The notes: generated from the letters alone by a model not told the origin. Positions 40,735-56,369 are shown, counted from the stretch's first letter. The stretch is DNA of 64,000 bases from Eledone cirrhosa (GCA_964016885.1 OZ024746.1:91698001-91762000), one strand, 5' to 3'. Numbers and translations are program-made.

Positions 40735-41539
40735 AACACACACACACACATTACGGTCTCACCTCAAACTGTAAACCAGACAATACATCCAATACAGTTG
40801 TTTTCTCTTTTATCTTTCTTCTCTTAACTGTTCTCCCGGGTGAAGCCAGGTAGTCTTAGCTAATCTTAATATATAAAAGTGAATATATGTTTGTTCCATG
40901 TTATAAGCTACAGTTTTGCTGAAGTTTAGCATTGGGGCATATTAAAGAGAAGTTCTTAAGCTATGTAACTTTTTTGAGAGTTTCTAAAAAAAAAGAGTAA
41001 ATTTAGAATTTTGTATTCCTGAAAGCACTGCAATTTAAAAATGGTACTGATTGAAAAATAAATCATTTAAAGTAATTATGTAAATTAGTAAAGCATTTTG
41101 AAAAAAATAGGAAGCCTATTTTCTCATCAAATAAAAATAAGAGTAAATCATTTTAGATTTTTAAATTATTTATTTTTTCATACATTTTTTTTCAGAAGCA
41201 TTCAAATCATCTCTTAAATTGCTTTTACGTAATAATTCTGAATTAACATTTCCAAACCAATCAGTATCTTTTAAACCCTGTTATTATAAGTACCAATCGT
41301 GGTACTATGAGAAAAAGCTGTTTATTATGATAGGTTTATATTTATCTAAAAACCTTCAATCACAATTTTTAAATCTAAGAACTTTTATTAAGTTATATTA
41401 CTAAATCCCTCAAAATTCTTGATTGGTTTCCAAATTTTGAAAATCACTGGCAGAGTCTTTTATGAGAAATATAGTAATCTATGATTATATTTATGGAGTA
41501 GGCTGGGAACTGCTGCTAATGTATTATAAAGAGAGTAAA

Positions 41540-41790
41540 AAGCCCTTGGGTCATGAATGATCATGGGTTTTACACCAGAAACTTCCTCTTTGAGACACAA
41601 GCCTGGTATTTTTGTGGAAGACCAGCAGTCGCCCATGCATGCCAGTTTCCCTTCTCCACACCACTGATGTTGTCCAAGGGAAAAGCAAATGTTGATACAG
41701 CTTGAGATCAGTGATGTTGCTACACATTTCTCCGAGTGAACTGGAGTAACATGAAATAAAGTGTCTTGTTCAAGGACTCAACACATTGTG
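41540..41790 (-). mobile_element. SINE family C fragment
   Basis: Homologous to 10600-10883 (CACTGATGTTGTCCAAGGGAAA, ACATGAAATAAAGTGTC). Confidence 0.6.
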
Positions 41791-42307
41791 TCATCATCAT
41801 CATCATCATTCCTTCCCATGCTGGCATAGGTTGAGTTAGTTGTCTTGGTCCAAGACCAGATAGGTTAGACAGACCTCATATGTATTTTGCCAAATTACAT
41901 ATTTGGTATACTCTTCCTAACACCAACCACTCTACTGGGTATGTTTTTCATGGCAGCAGCAGTACCACTTTACAGTGTACATTTATATATAAACTGATGT
42001 ATGTAAGAAGGTTAAACAATACAAAATGGAGGGAACAAAAAAGTTAATTACCTGGTAATATTACTTGTTTTGTTGTTTCTTTTGTCCTAATATTTCGGGA
42101 CTTAAATTCCCTTCTTCAGAGTATGGGGATCTCTCAGAAAAATATTCTGGTTTCTTCTCTTTATTCTGAGAATCAGGCAGACTTGGAGTCTGGTCTGGGA
42201 TGTCAACCCAGATTACGAGCCGGCTGCTTGAGAAACATTTGTAACCAGGATTGAGCAATGATCTCCTATGTAACACCTCCACTTTGTTCTTATTATATAT
42301 ATATGGA

Positions 42308-42502
42308 AGGGTGGTGGATTGGCAGTATCGGTAGAGGGTCGGACTCCATGCTTTGCTGCATAGAGTTACGATCCTTTATGGTCTGAGTTCAAAACCCACC
42401 AAGGTTAACTTTGCCTTTCATCCTTACGGGTTCGATAAACTAAAGTACCAGTAATACACTGGAGTAATTGCTGGCCTTCTACCAAAAGTAGAAACGATTA
42501 TA
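42308..42502 (+). mobile_element. Full-length SINE family A copy
   Basis: A and B boxes, core and tail; inserted in ATTATATATA. Confidence 0.9.
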
Positions 42503-42703
42503 TATATATATATAGTTTAGGGATTGTAACGTCAAGTTACTGTTGTTTCACCAAATTCATTTATTAAGCAAACAGAAGTCTGATGAACTTTTGATTCCAG
42601 AGTCAGGTCTGATCAATGGAGATCGAACCTTGAGCTGATCAATTGTGAAACATGTGTCACAGATGAATAAACCTAATGATCATTTGGCACCACATCCCTA
42701 CTC

Positions 42704-42735
<32 letters not shown>

Positions 42736-42929
42736 CATACATACATACACACACATACATACACACTCACATACATACATACGGACACACACACACTAAC
42801 ATACACACTCACATACATCCATACATACGCACATACATACATACATACACACACACGCACATACATACATAATGGCTGCAAACTCTGCTAAGAGTATTGC
42901 AATCGCTTGTCAGATTCAGATGTGTGACG

Positions 42930-43620
42930 CTCGGATATGGCTTTTTTGGTTTATGTGGAGGTCGTTTTCCTTTAACTAGTTCTCCATAAAAGAGTTGTTT
43001 CAGTATTCTAGAATCCTTCATCCTGGCAAGGTGACCACTCCATCGGAGTCTTTGCTTAAACACAAGAGCTATACTGTCACACAGAGAGCTTTCCAAAATC
43101 TCAACATCACTGATGTGGTCCCCCCAATGAACGTCTGAGACACATCTAATGGGAACGCTCCAATGGTTTAAGGTGGTTTTGATATGTGACCCAAGTCTCG
43201 CAAGCATAAAGAAGAGAAGAGAGCACAGATGCCTTGTACACCTTTATTTTTGTCTTATTGCATATGTCTCGCCGACCCCCAGAGGCGCCTTTCTAAATTT
43301 CTGAAAGCATCACTTGCTTTCCTAATCCTGAGTGGAATTTCATTATCAAGGTTGCTGTATCGATTGACAGTACTTCCCAGGTAGACAAACTGATCAATCA
43401 CTCCAAGTCGTTTACCATACACATAGATATTTGATTCACTGTTCTGCTTATCAGGGCCAGGTTAGTACATGATGACGGTTTTCTTGAGACTGACAGTCAA
43501 TCCTAGGCAATGCAAGCATCAGAAAATGCATTCAAAATGTGCTGCATATCACTCTGTGTGCGCTACAAGATTGCAATCATCTGAATACAAGAGGTATCTT
43601 ATGATTGATGTAAATACTTT
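42930..43620 (-). mobile_element. RTE-BovB-like LINE RT C-terminal fragment
   Basis: GLTVSLKKTVIM, QFVYLGS, RLRWSGHLARMKDSRILKQLFYGELVKGKR. Confidence 0.85.
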
Positions 43621-44745
43621 TATTTTTGCAGCATACATACATAAATACATATATAAATACATATATAAATACATACATACATTTATTTATACAGAATCAT
43701 TATACATTCTAGATGCAATTTTAAATTGGTATAGCTTTGGATCTATATATTCATCATCATCATCATCATCGTTTAGCGTCCATCTTCCATGCTAGCATGG
43801 GCTGGATGGATTTATCCCGGGGTTGTTAATTTTCCTAATGTTCACCTTGATTATGTATACAAAGTTCAATGTGATTCTGAAGTTGTCGAAATATATTTTG
43901 CAGCTGATCTGTGAGAATTAACACACACGTTATCTAGATGATGGAACTCCCAACACAACTCTTAACATGTTCTAAGTTGAAGCAATAATTATATTTTTTA
44001 GAATTAATAAGCAATTATAGTTTATTTGTTGATTAATAATGACAAAATAGATATATCAGGCCACTCATATTCTGTACTGCATGATTCTAACAATTTATAT
44101 TAAACTTACACAGTTTACATCCCACACATATATAATTGCATAAGGACTTTACAATGGACCTTCTATCTATCTACATCTCTCTCTCTCTCCCTATATATAC
44201 ATACATACCAGTCTACCTTCAGATACCGCGACAGACGTTCATCCACGAAACTCGCGAGCCACGTATGGTCTCTCAAGAACTCAAGTATAGGGTACTCCAT
44301 TCAATGGAAAGCCATCACTAAGTCCAAGCCATACGCAAGGGGAAATCCGACGTGTGGCTTATGTATTGACGAACGAATAACTATCCTAAAGAGATTACGC
44401 AATAGTGATTGCCTAAACACGAGGTGTGAATTTTTCACACGTTGTCCACACGTCACCAAACATCTATTGCATAACTACAAGGCTCCGGACTGATTCTTTG
44501 TAATTTTATTTTTAATTTTTTAAATTTTATTTTCAACCAAAAAACTTTCCGGACTTTCGCAGTTATCTCCCTTACACCCCCCGCACGCAGTCTAGTATTG
44601 CCTGTGTGAAGTGACCGAGTTTCTGCGCATGCGGGTTCGTACGGTTGTCCTTCCTGTTCCTATAACCATACACATCCCGAGCTGAAGATTCCGCGAAGGT
44701 GAAACAATTGTTCTCGGTATGGTGAACTAACTGTTGTGTAACTAC

Positions 44746-44795
<50 letters not shown>

Positions 44796-44908
44796 CAAAG
44801 GAAATGTGGTAAGGAACCAGATGGACCATGACGCACCAAAGTACTCAATTTTAGTCCAGAATGAGCCGTCGAAACGGCTTGAGCTCAGCCGTCGGGGTCC
44901 TACCCGTT

Positions 44909-45895
<987 letters not shown>

Positions 45896-45939
45896 TATAT
45901 GTACATCAACTTTTCTTTGTGGTAATGTTAGGGAGCCAT

Positions 45940-46412
45940 TGATAAGAAATATGGCAACAAAAGAGTTAATGACATAGGTAGTGTCTTTCATTGGAAATAT
46001 GGTAATGGAAGGGTTAAAGACAGACAGTGTCTTTCATTGGAAATATGGTAATGGAAGGGTTAAAGACAGAGAATGTCTTTCATTAGAAATATGGTAATGA
46101 AAGCGCTAATGACATAGACAGTGTCTTTCATTGGAAATATGGTAATGGAAGGGTTAATGACATAGACAGTGTCTTTCAGTAGAAATATGGTAATGAAAGG
46201 GTTAAAGACATAGACAGTGTCTTTCATTAGAAATATGGCAACAAAAGGGTTAATTATATAGACAGTGTCTTTCATTGGAAATATGGTAATGGAAAGGTTA
46301 ATGACATAGACAGTGTCTTTCATTAGAAATATGGTAATGAAAGGGTTAAAGACATAGGTAGTGTCTTTCATTAGAAATATGGTAATGAAAGGGTTAAAGA
46401 CATAGACAGTGT
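45940..46412. repeat. 48-bp minisatellite (about 10 copies) containing a TTAA-MITE terminus
   Basis: Unit GACATAGACAGTGTCTTTCATTAGAAATATGGTAATGAAAGGGTTAAA; its reverse complement TTAACCCTTTCATTACCATATT matches the MITE end at about 47824. Confidence 0.9.
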
Positions 46413-46478
46413 TTTACATTACAAATTTGGTTTGAAACTACCCTTCTATGATACCAAACTGTTTGTTTTAAAGTCTCT

Positions 46479-47340
46479 ATCATCATCATCATCATTTTAC
46501 ATCTGCTTTTCCCTGCTTGCAAGGGTGGGATGGGTCCTATTCAGCACAGCATCTGTCCACTTGTCACGGTCCCTCGTCATCTCCACCGTGAGCTTCAGCG
46601 ATCTGAGGTCTGTTCTCACCACCTCCACCCATGTTTTTCGTGGTCTACTTCTACCACGTCTTCCTTCAACAGTAATTTCCTGGCATTTCTTCATCCATCA
46701 GTCATCCACCATGCGCATCACATGTCCATACCACCTCTCGCACACTACATTCTATCCCTCTCAGACACAGTTTCTCTCTCAACACATTCATGCTGGGTTG
46801 TTCACGCACATTGACATTGCACATCCAATGGAGCATGCTTGCCTCATTTCTCTCCAGCCGTCGCATATCCTCTGCAGTTGCTGCCCATGTCTCACTACCA
46901 TGCAGCATCGCGCTCTTCACACAGGCATCATATAACCGGCCTTTCGTAGGCAGGGAGAAACTCTTCTTTGTCAGCAGAGGAAGCAGCTCCCTAAACTTCT
47001 TCCAACCCGTCCTTATTCTAGATACTATGGCCTCGGGACACCCTCCCCCCATGCTAATCTGATCACCTAGGTACTGGAAGCTACCAACCACTTCTATAGA
47101 ACCCACCTGCATTTGAAAAATGTGTCTATCAATGCGACTTCTACTGTCTAATTTCCCTGTACATCTACTGCATACATATTTCTCCATATCTGTTAGCTTG
47201 CCTGCTATCCTACTACATCTCTTGTGTACCCAGGATCTGCATTGTATGCATTTTATAGAATTTATGCCAGTTCCTTTTCTGCATATCGAACATGGCCATT
47301 TCTCTGACGGAATCAGAGTTTTGTCCTCTATCGTTATTTA
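46479..47340 (-). mobile_element. RTE-clade LINE 3-prime fragment with a PHD-like Cys/His finger
   Basis: WPCSIC...CIQCRSWVHKRC...YVCSRC followed by IEVVGSFQYLG, KGRLYDACVKSAMLHGSETW and GRSRPRKTW; (GAT)n tail. Confidence 0.9.
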
Positions 47341-47823
47341 AAAACATTCCATTATGTAAGAATCTTTATGTTCCAAAGATTAGTTTAACAATGAGAAATT
47401 TAATAATATTACTAAATCGATCCAAGCTTTTATTTTCAAAATTAATGTTTTTCATTATTAGAATTATGATGAACGGATTAAAGGCAATGTTTTTTGTTAC
47501 ACATTTAACAAAAAAAATTGAATTTCAACATAAATATCAATTCATTTATATATAGAAATCATATTATATAAAGCCACTTCCGACTAAAATACCATTCATC
47601 AATGTATATTTCTAGGATATATAGTTGAAATTCAAAATATTTAAGGAGATTAATACTAACCATACATTATGAATGTTTGTGATTCTATTTTTATGCATAC
47701 ATTTCATAACATTGTTTCATTATGTTCCATTTCATTATTTAAAGTGTAGCTCTTCAACTTGTTTTGTTATATTAAAGAATTCTTTCCATTACATCTTCAA
47801 TTTTATTCAATGATTAAAGTTGT

Positions 47824-48024
47824 TTAACCCTTTCATTATCATATTTTTAATGAAAAATACTGCTTATGATTTTTAAAACGTTTTGAAAATAAATCCAAAA
47901 TTTAGATTTAGTTTTATGAAGTTTCAATAAATTATAATAGAAGGTTTTTAGATAAATATAATCACTTTAAAATGAATATCTTAATATCGCGGAAGCATCA
48001 GTAGTTTGGTCTCAAAATAGTTAA
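47824..48024. mobile_element. TTAA-ended MITE (related copy at about 34573-34802)
   Basis: TTAACCCTTTC start and degenerate ...AGTTAA end. Confidence 0.5.
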
Positions 48025-48973
48025 AGCGCTTCACTAAAATGTTTCATTACAATAAAGATTTCAATTTTGTTCAATAGCTCTCAAAGTCTTTTCATTATCT
48101 TTAAAATGTTGTTGGCATTGTGATTCATTCAGAAACCATTATATTAAACATGTTTTTGATTTTGTTTCATAGTATCACACTTTGAATGGCAGAAATAATA
48201 CATATACTTGTATATAAGCTGAGAAATATGTGACAAAAAATATCAATGGAAAAATGGGGTTGCCTTATATTCAAGATTAATGGTAAATTCAAGTTCTCCT
48301 AAGTTTATTTGACTATAAGTTCCTTTCTTAAGATTTTGAAGTAAACTCTTTTGATGCGCAGCTAAATAATTTGGCATGGCTATCAGAAGGAAGTATGCCC
48401 ACCTCCCATCATGAAAAACAACACAAAATAAAGTGTCAAGCTCAAGAACACAATAAGTCCAGGAATTGAACTCACAACCTTATGATTGTGAGTCCAGCAC
48501 CCTAACCACTAGGTTACATGACTGAAGCAAATGACATAAAATATGTTTGTACTGGTTTAACAATTTTATTTTCATACAAAAGACGTGCCTGTGTATCTCT
48601 GCCTCTAACCAAACAACTCTCTGTGTTTCCTACAGATCCAATTACTAATAATTTGCTAAGTAAAAAGAAATATCTTGTTTCAGTAGCAACAAGTACGTAA
48701 TTCAATCTGGTAAGAAACACCTCTCTTAACTTTGTCCATTTATCCATCATGCAATGTTTATTTTACTTAACCCATCCATCTGTAATGAAACATTCTCAGT
48801 AAATAATCTTCACCAGTGTCGCATTTAGGGATAAGATCATTTTTGAGGACTCAAAATAATTGGAAAGTATGTTTTCAATTTTTCTGAGACCTGGATTAAT
48901 TTTCTAATAAAGGGCTTCCAAGCTTTATATAATTTCAAGCCTCATCAAGTGTAAATCTGGCATTATCAATGTG

Positions 48974-49099
48974 TTTACGGCCCTTTACGATCTGAGTTCA
49001 AATCCTGCTGAGGTTAACTTTGCCTTTCATCCTTATGGGGTCAATGAAATAAAGTACTGGGGTAATTGATGGCCTTGTGTCTAAAGTAGAAACAATTAT
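48974..49099 (+). mobile_element. Truncated SINE family A copy with 12-bp TSD
   Basis: ATTATCAATGTG at 48962-48973 and 49095-49106. Confidence 0.85.
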
Positions 49100-49951
49100 C
49101 AATGTGAAGAAACAAGGACCCAAGAGAGGAGTGAAAAGTTCTAGTTTTTCATCCATTATATCTAATATGTAATATGGTGAATTGGCAGAGTTGTTAGAAC
49201 ATTAGATAGAATGCCTTGCAGGATTCGTGTCAGGCTCTCTGCTCTCTGAGTTCAAATACCAGTCAAGTAATGGGGTCAATTCTTCCTCTGTATCTCATCT
49301 CACTCCCATTCTCTCACTCACTCTAACCTTCTCTGGAAGAAATCTGTATTTACACCTGGAGAGGGATGGGTTCTGCCAGGTTTAATATTATATTAAACAG
49401 TACTAAATACATATGATTTGTGGTTGGTGATATGAAGGACCTCCAGCTAGCTAAACAAAGGGTTGGGAGGACCCTTCAGTTGTGTCAAAGACATGACAAC
49501 CTTTTCTGTGCACTTGGCAGAACGTGAGACCATATGTAAGCTAGATAACAACCCTAACCTGTCTGTGAGGTCAGTTGCCCTACTTCAGTACTGACTTGGT
49601 CTATGTGGATCCATCCAACACTTGATGTTAAAACAATGATGATGATGATGATGATCATCATCATCATCATCAACATCATCATCTGGTGTACATGATATAT
49701 TTACAAGACTCATGGATATATACTTGTACATGATGTACTTACATATGTAACAGAGCAAAATAAATCAAATAGCTACCTGTTGGAAGTATGCCTAAAATTT
49801 GTCAGTCCCATAATGGTAGGTTGAAACTGATTAATCTGTGCCACTCTCTCTTTAGCTCAGGCTTAGAATCAAAACTGGGTTAACTTCCAATTGTTGAGGA
49901 TTTACCATGGCACCAATGGTCTAAGTAGTGAAATATAATGAATAACCACAG

Positions 49952-51059
49952 TCTATAATATTGGTTGGTACACAGTATAGTAACTACTTAGAACTATAAT
50001 GGACTGTTCTATAATATTGGTTGGTACACAGTATAGTATACTTAGAACTATAAGGACTGTTCTATAATATTGGTTGGTACACAGTATAATATCTACTTAG
50101 AACTATAATGGACTGTTCTATAATATTGGTTGGTACACAGTATAGTATACTTAGAACTATAAGGACTGTTCTATAATATTGGTTGGTACACAGTATAGTA
50201 ACTACTTAGAACTATAATGGACTGTTCTATAATATTGGTTGGTACACAGTATAGTATACTTAGAACTATAAGGACTGTTCTATAATATTGGTTGGTACAC
50301 AGTATAGTAACTACTTAGAACTATAATGGACTGTTCTATAATATTGGTTGGTACAGGGTATAGTAACTACTTAGAACTATAATGGACTGTTCTATAATAT
50401 TGGTTGGTAATCAGTATAGTATCTACTTAGAACTATAATGGACTGTTCTATAATATTGGTTGGTACACAGTATAGTAACTACTTAGAACTATAATGGACT
50501 GTTCTATAATATTGGTTGGTAATCAGTATAGTATCTACTTAGAACTATAATGGACTGTTCTATAATATTGGTTGGTACACAATATAATATCTACTTAGAA
50601 CTATAATGGACTGTTCTATAATATTGGTTGGTACACAGTATAATATCTACTTAGAACTATAATGGACTGTTCTATAATATTGGTTGGTACACAGTATAAT
50701 ATCTACTTAGAACTATAATGGACTGTTCTATAATATTGGTTGGTACACAGTATAATATCTACTTAGAACTATAATGGACTGTTCTATAATATTGGTTGGT
50801 ACACAGTATAATATCTACTTAGAACTATAATGGACTGTTCTATAATATTGGTTGGTACCCAATATAATATCTACTTAGAACTATAATGGACTGTTCTATA
50901 ATATTGGTTGGTAATCAGTATATTATCTACTTAGAACTATAATGGACTGTTCTATAATATTGGTTGGTAATCAGTATAGTATCTACTTAGAACTATAATG
51001 GACTGTTCTATAATATTGGTTGGTACACAGTATAATATCGACTTAGAACTATAATGGAC
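49952..51059. repeat. 56-bp minisatellite (about 20 copies)
   Basis: Unit CTGTTCTATAATATTGGTTGGTACACAGTATAATATCTACTTAGAACTATAATGGA. Confidence 0.95.
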
Positions 51060-51151
51060 CATTGTACCATTTCAATTGAAATAGTTTAAACAATGGGAAG
51101 GTGTCTCTCTCATAGAACTATTATTGTTGAACACAAAAGCTTCAGTTCAAT

Positions 51152-52012
51152 TTAACACTTTAGCATTTACATTACTCGATATATACTATTGTATTTTCAT
51201 GGTAAAAGCTTTACCTCACATAATATCTCACATAACATTTACATTACTCTATATATACTATTGTATTTTCACAGTAAAGACTTTACCTCACATAATATCT
51301 CACATAACATTTACATTACTCTATATATACTATTGTATTTTCACAGTAAAGACTTTACCTCACATAATATCTCACATAACATTTACATTACTCTATATAT
51401 ACTATTGTATTTTCACAGTAAAGACTTTACCTCACATAATATCTCACATAACATTCACATTACTCTATATATACTATTGTATTTTCACAGTAAAGGTTTT
51501 ACCTCACATAATATCTCACATAACATTCACATTTCTCTATATATATACTATTGTTTTTTCATGGTAATCGCTTTACCTCACATAATATCTCACATAACAT
51601 TTACATTACTCTATATATACTACTGTATTTTCACAGTAAAGGCTTTACCTCACATAATTCTCTCACATAACATTTACATTACTCTATATATACTATATTT
51701 TCACAGTAAAGGCTTTACCTCACATAATATCTCACATAACATTTACATTACTCTATATTTACTATTGTATTTTCATGGTAAAGGCTTTACCTCACATAAT
51801 ATCTCACATAGCATTTACATTACTCTATATTTACTATTGTATTTTCATGGTAAAGGCTTTACCTCACATAATATCTCACATAATATCAAATCTATGAGAT
51901 TTTGAAAGTATTTATTTTGAGAACAATAACATCAGTATGAGCCACCAGTTACAGCCAGTATCAACAGAAAGAGGTGAGAGAATTCTGGCCGGTTTGAACA
52001 TTAAAGGGTTAA
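51152..52012. mobile_element. TTAA-ended MITE with an internal 72-bp x10 tandem expansion (about 51164-51885)
   Basis: TTAACACTTTAGC ... AAAGGGTTAA ends; unexpanded homolog at 15783-15976. Confidence 0.75.
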
Positions 52013-52164
52013 GTATTTTAGTTGAAGATGACGTGAAGCGGAAGTGACAGTTTCACAACTATCAACTTGACAGGATACACTGGTGATTTTAGGTCACGCT
52101 TCATTCTTCTTTTTTTTGCCTTAAAATAAAATGTTTAAGTCATTGTCATAGTTATCCTCACGCT

Positions 52165-52806
52165 CAACACCATCACCATCACCACCACCATCACCATCAT
52201 CACCATCACCATCATCACCATCATCATCACCATCATCATCATCATCATCGCCATCACCATCATCACCACCACCATCACCACCATTACCATCACCGCCGCC
52301 ACCACCACACCACCACCACCACCACCATTACCATCACCCCCATTACCATCACCACCACCACCATCATTACCATCACCACCACCAACACCACTACCACCAC
52401 CATTACCATCACCACCGCCACCATCACCACCGCCACCATTACCACCACCATCACCACCATCACCACCACCATCACCATCATCATCACCACCACCATCACC
52501 ATCACCACCACCTTCACCTTCACCATCACCATCATCACCACCACCATCACCATCACCACAACCTTCACCTTCACCATCACCATCATCACCACCACCATCA
52601 CCATCATCACCACCACCATCACCACCACCATCACCAAAATCACCACCATCACCATCACCACCATCACCACCACCACCATCATCACCACCACTATCACCAC
52701 CACCACCACCACCTTCATCATCACCATCACCACCATCACCATCACCATCACCACCACCATCACCACCATCACCATCACCATCATCACCACCACCATCACC
52801 ATCATC
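52165..52806. repeat. (CAC/CAT)n compound trinucleotide repeat
   Basis: Directly visible. Confidence 0.95.
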
Positions 52807-53792
52807 GTTGTTACTTATGTTAGGAAGTATCCCTTCTTTCCACCCTCTCCAGCTCAGCTACATTCACACAAACTATATCGTAATCGATCAAACAGACATT
52901 TTAAACATCTTACCATCGATTTTCTGCCAATAATATTCAATCTGTGGAAACTGATTGCGAAATGCTTTCACACCTCGAGTCCACTTCAAAATTAACTGAC
53001 CGTGTCGTAATGTTTAGCTGCCAATTTTTTCCCTGCTGCAGTGTAGGAATAACCATTAAACGACTATTAAGTAAAAACATCACTCACCAGTTGTTTTATT
53101 TACAATTTTTAACAACAAATTTACATTACTCTGTTGTTGGCTCCCTAGCAATCTAAATAAACACACTAGTTTAATACACAGTAAGTAGCCCCACCCGCAA
53201 TCTAGTGATTAAGAGATTGTTTGGCATTTGGTAGATTTAAATATATCAGTGACTATAGAAGAAAATATCAGAAGGTAAGAATAAATATTTCATCCCTCTT
53301 AACAGTGTGATAAATTGTCAATAGGTTGACCTTTCCTGATCAGAGGTATTTGTCACTGACTGACTGTTTTATGTTTTACTTACTTCTGGTGTGGATGGGT
53401 CTGGGCTGGGAGAACTGATATAGTGACTGGCTTATTTATTTATTGAAAGACTGGGTTTTAGGATTCGTTTGTGTCACATCTCTGGCAATAAATCATCTTA
53501 ATTTCACACAAGCCTTCATTTAACTGCAGTTTGGCAGTTTAACTCTTTACAGTAGAGAGAGAATGAGTGCCAATTGTCTCAAATATGTTACAATATAGTG
53601 GTATAAAACTAACTGGAACCAAAGCAAGAATTTGCTTTCTATATAACACCTGTTGTACTTATCCTAATGTAATGATAACAATGTATTCTTGATTGAGCTG
53701 GCCTATCATCAAAGGTATTCTGTCCCGTTCTTTTAGAGCTGTATAAGACAACATTATATAATTGTCTTCTGCCTATTGAAACAGTGGGGCAT

Positions 53793-56369
53793 CCAAGAAC
53801 TGTTACAAAGACATGCCAAAAAAGACCCTGGAAAATGTAACATTGACTCCCCAATAACTGCTACAAAGACATGCCAAAAAACGACCGTGGAAGAATGTAA
53901 CATTGACTTCCCAAGAACTGCTACAAAGACATGTCAAAAAACGACCTTGGAAGAATGTAACATTGACTCCCCAAGAACTGTTACAAAGACATGCAAAAAA
54001 ACGACCTTGGAAGAATGTAACATTGACTCCCCAAGAACTGTTACAAAGACATGCCAAAAAACGACCTTGGAAGAGTGTAACATTGACTCCCCTAGAACTG
54101 CTACAAAGACATGCCAAAAAACGACCTTGGAAGAAAGTAACATTGACTCCCCAAGAACTGTTACAAAGACATGCCATAAAACGACCTTGGAAGAATGTAA
54201 CATTGACTCCCCTAGAACTGCTACAAAGACATGCCAAAAAACGACCTTGGAAGAATGTAACATTGACTCCCCAAGAACGGTTACAAAGACATGCCAAAAA
54301 ACGACCTTGGAAGAATGTAACATTGACTCCCCAAGAACTGTTACAAAGACATGCCAAAAAAGACCTTGGAAGAATGTAACATTGACTCCCCAAGAACTGT
54401 TACAAATATATGCCAAAAAACGACCTTGGAAGAATGTAACATTGACTCCCCAAGAACTGCTACAAATATATGCCAAAATACGACCTTGGAAGAATGTAAC
54501 ATTGACTCCCCAAGAACTGTTACAAAGACATGCCAAAAAACGACCTTGCAAGAATATAACATTGACTCCCCAAGAACTGCTACAAAGACATGCCAAAAAA
54601 CGACCTTGGAAGAATGTAACATTGACTCCCCAAGAACTGCTACAAAGACATGCCAAAAAACGACCTTGGGAGAATGTAACATTGACTCCCCAAGAACTGC
54701 TACAAAGACATGCCAAAAAACTACCTTGGAAGAATGTAACATTGACTCCCCAAGAACTGCTACAAAGACATGCCAAAAAACGACCTTGGGAGAATGTTAC
54801 ATTGATTCCCAAGAACTGCTACAAAGACATGCCAAAAAACGACCTTGGAAGAATGTAACATTGACTCCCCTAGAACTGTTACAAAGACATGCCAAAAAAC
54901 GACCTTGGAAGAATGTAACATTGACTCCCCAAGAACTGCTACAAAGACATGCCAAAAAACGACCTTGGAAGAATGTAACATTGACTCCCCAAGAACTGCT
55001 ACAAAGACATGCCAAAAAACGACCTAGCAAGAATGTAACATTGACTCCCCAAGAACTGCTACAAAGACATGCCAAAAAATGACCTTGGAAGAATGTAACA
55101 TGGACTCCCCAAGAACTGCTACAAAGACATGCCAAAAAACGACCTTGGAAGAATGTAACATTGACTCCCCAAGAACTGTTATAAAGACATGCCAAAAAAC
55201 GACCTTGGAAGAATGTAACATTGACTCCCCTAGAACTGCTACAAAGACATGCCAAAAAACGACCTTGGAAGAATGTAACATTGACTCCCCAAGAACTGCT
55301 ACAAAGACATGCCAAAAAACGACCTTGGAAGAATGTAACATTGACTCCCCAAGAACTGTTACAAAGACATGCCAAAAAACGAACTTGGAAGAATGTAACA
55401 TTGACTCCCCAAGAACTGCTACAAAGACATGCCAAAAAACGACCTTGGAAGAATGTAACATTGACTCCCCTAGAACTGCTACAAAGACATGCCAAAAAAC
55501 GACCTTGGAAGAATGTAACATTGACTCCCCAAGAACTGCTACAAAGACATGCCAAAAAACGACCTTGGAAGAATGTAACATTGACTCCCCAAGAACTGTT
55601 ACAAAGACATGCCAAAAAACGAACTTGGAAGAATGTAACATTGACTCCCCAAGAACTGCTACAAAGACATGCCAAAAAACGACCTTGGAAGAATGTAACA
55701 TTGACTCCCCAAGAACTGTTACAAAGACATGCCAAAAAAGACCTTGGAAGAATGTAACATTGACTCCCCTAGAACTGTTACAAAGACATGCCAAAAAACG
55801 ATCTTGGAAGAATGTAACATTGACTCCCCAAGAACTGCTACAAAGACATGCCAAAAAACGACCTTGGAAGAACGTAACATTGACTCCCCAAGAACGGTTA
55901 CAAAGACATGCCAAAAAACGACTTTGGAAGAATGTAACATTGACTCCCCTAGAACTGCTACAAAGACATGCCAAAAAAAGACCTTGGAAGAATGTAACAT
56001 TGACTCCCCTAGAACTGCTACAAAGACATGCCAAAAAAGACCTTGGAAGAATGTAACATTGACTCCCCAAGAACTGCTACAAAGACATGCCAAAAAACGA
56101 CCTTGGAAGAGTGTAACATTGACTCCCCTAGAACTGCTACAAAGACATGCCAAAAAACGACCTTGGAAGAGTGTAACATTGACTCCCCAAGAACTGCTAC
56201 AAAGACATGCCAAAAAAGACCTTGGAAGAATGTAACATTGACTCCCCAAGAACTGCTACAAAGACATGCCAAAAAACGACTTTGGAAGAGTGTAACATTG
56301 ACTCCCCAAGAACTGCTACAAAGACATGCCAAAAAACGACCTTGGAAGAATGTAACATCGACTCCCCCA
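53793..56369. repeat. 60-bp minisatellite (about 43 copies)
   Basis: Unit ACGACCTTGGAAGAATGTAACATTGACTCCCCAAGAACTGCTACAAAGACATGCCAAAAA with several 59-bp variants. Confidence 0.97.

Noticed and set aside
40835-40900. Helitron end/start junction (CCCGGGTGAAGCCAGG...GCTAA, then TCTTAATATATAAAAG)
   Set aside because: CTAG is degenerate and the opposite ends could not be located
48636-48710. Plus-strand exon candidate (CCTACAG| ... CTG|GTAAGA)
   Set aside because: Stops in all three frames
52914-53152. Minus-strand exon candidates with GTAAGA and GTGAGT donors (LILKWTRGVKAFRNQFPQIEYYWQKID)
   Set aside because: No good acceptor gives a stop-free frame and no protein was recognised; needs RNA-seq
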